In this document: piece after piece, positions 63,640-64,000 of the stretch
Layout of the letters: the number at the start of each line of letters is the position of its first letter
Numbering within the stretch: the first letter of the stretch is position 1
DNA from: Octopus sinensis
Lineage: Eukaryota
Direction: 5' to 3'
Assembly: GCF_006345805.1 (NCBI RefSeq)
Contig: NC_043004.1
Location: 54,250,001-54,314,000, forward strand
Length of the DNA stretch: 64,000 nucleotides
The notes under the pieces: generated by a model
What the model was told of the DNA's origin: nothing
Databases searched by the model: none
The model's input: the letters and a program-made list of their open reading frames with translations, nothing else
Made by a program: the position numbers and the translations under genes

Positions 63640-64000
63640 AGAAAATTGGTTGGATTATCTTGCCCACGAAACTGGCCTATTGTGGAAAAATGTCAATAAT
63701 ATCTTTCCTAGTAAGAAAAGAGACGACGACAGCAGGTTATAAATCACCCAAGTATAGATTAACACCTCTAAACGGAAGTAATGCCAAAGTTGGATGCAAT
63801 GAACCCAAGAGCATTAAAAGGCAGTAACAAGCAATCACTTTCAGTAATTTGGAAACCGAATAAAATCGCTCAAGTGACAAAGCAGTTGTTTGAAGAATGG
63901 TTCAATGTGCATTTTTGTCCCACATTTGAAAAATATTGCCAAATAATAATAATAATTTAGATTTTAAAGTACTTTTAATTTTAAATAATGTCCCTGGACA
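63640..64000 (+). pseudogene. pogo/Tigger-like DDE transposase relic (runs off the window)
   Basis: ETGLLWK, YRLTPLNGSNA, VIWKPNK, LFEEWFNVHFCP and VLLILNNVPG remnants in shifting frames. Confidence 0.8.

Overview
AT-rich, microsatellite-saturated eukaryotic DNA with one 100-N assembly gap (21420-21519). The tRNA-derived SINE families and repeat spectrum point to an octopus/cephalopod genome (inference). No host protein-coding gene can be supported, and most ORFs in the supplied track are translations of microsatellites. The window is almost entirely mobile DNA: an apparently intact ~6.1 kb Tx1/L1-clade LINE (ORF1 357 aa, ORF2 1151 aa), several more Tx1 fragments, R4/Dong-type restriction-like-endonuclease LINEs, a CR1-group fragment, three Penelope-like (GIY-YIG) remnants, three SINE families, mariner/Tc1/pogo relics and a DINE-1/Helentron-like element. 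Two themes stand out. (1) Hand folding gives about a dozen type I hammerhead ribozyme motifs from about nine unrelated short sequence families. Some are canonical, some carry compensatory G3:C8 or U3:A8 core swaps, and they sit in tandem or inverted non-coding units. One tandem holds two intact ribozymes 592 nt apart, a retrozyme/circRNA-like layout. (2) Several retroelement families appear to partition specific targets: (GATA)n for the intact Tx1, (CATA)n for one RLE family, (AAT)n for Dong and a 554-bp non-coding partner, and the tRNA-derived head of a SINE for two other Tx1 derivatives, one of which encodes ORF1 only. All structures were read by eye; no searches or folding programs were run.
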